A stretch of 64,000 nucleotides of DNA, from the NCBI GenBank assembly GCA_964202905.1, contig CAXNJO010000001.1, positions 608,001 through 672,000 on the forward strand, read 5' to 3'. A program made the translations under genes and the position numbers. This stretch comes from Polyangiales bacterium. GTDB lineage: Bacteria > Myxococcota_A > Polyangia > Polyangiales > JADJQN01. Numbering within the stretch: position 1 is the stretch's first letter; every line of letters starts with the position of its first letter. The notes below the pieces were generated by a model. The model ran no database searches, had not been told where the DNA came from, and saw only the letters and a list, made by a program, of their open reading frames with translations. Of this stretch, positions 63,700 to 64,000 are shown piece after piece.

Positions 63700-64000
63700 A
63701 TGGCGCCCCGCAGAATCTCCGCTTCCATCGTCGGTCTCACGGTCACCTCCCTCGCGCAGGGCTGCGCCGTCGGCAGCGGCGCCGCGCCGCAGGCGCGCCT
63801 CGTCGAAGAGTTGAACCGCGGTCAACGGAGCCGCACCGCGCGCCTCGAGTTCGTCGAGGAGGTCCCCTTCGGCGGCGCGCTCGTCGTCTCGCGCTACCGC
63901 CTCGGCAACGGCCTCACGGTGCTGCTGCTCGTCGACCGGTCCGCGCCCGTCGTCAGCTACCAGACCTGGTTCAAGGTCGGATCTCGCCACGAAACACCTG
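63700..64000 (+). CDS. M16 (pitrilysin) family peptidase, 3' truncated
   Basis: Not in the ORF track; manual translation gives MAPRR...AQGC...YRLGNGLTVLLLVDRSAPVVSYQTWFKVGSRHETP. Confidence 0.82.
   Translation, partial: MAPRRISASIVGLTVTSLAQGCAVGSGAAPQARLVEELNRGQRSRTARLEFVEEVPFGGALVVSRYRLGNGLTVLLLVDRSAPVVSYQTWFKVGSRHETP

Overview
Very GC-rich chromosomal segment whose gene repertoire points to a myxobacterium (Myxococcota, probably Polyangia-like; inferred from gene content only). About 50 CDS. Housekeeping genes: glgC, rpe, dapF, yebC-ruvC...ruvA-ruvB, gltX, a class II photolyase and an M16 peptidase fragment. Accessory content includes a ~10 kb signalling island (RsbQ/KAI2-like hydrolase with a PAS kinase; a MAC-type hybrid kinase with CheR but no CheB), and an ECF-sigma / anti-sigma-like / barrel-like cluster followed by Cys-rich lipoproteins that carries two copies of a TGAGAAC-N12-CGGAC motif. 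It also includes a pair of vWA (CglB-like) lipoproteins facing a TPR-wHTH regulator across 11-bp direct repeats, and a Notch-like calcium-binding EGF lipoprotein sitting inside the ruv locus. An unusual non-coding element (G-rich 24-mer tandem array plus AT-rich phased palindromes and hairpins) precedes the photolyase. Eleven genes have a TANNNT box 6-10 nt before the start codon, which suggests leaderless transcription. About ten genes, including ruvB, carry single-base frameshifts, most likely long-read assembly errors. No rRNA, tRNA, CRISPR array or transposase was recognised. All calls come from motif reading, not database searches.
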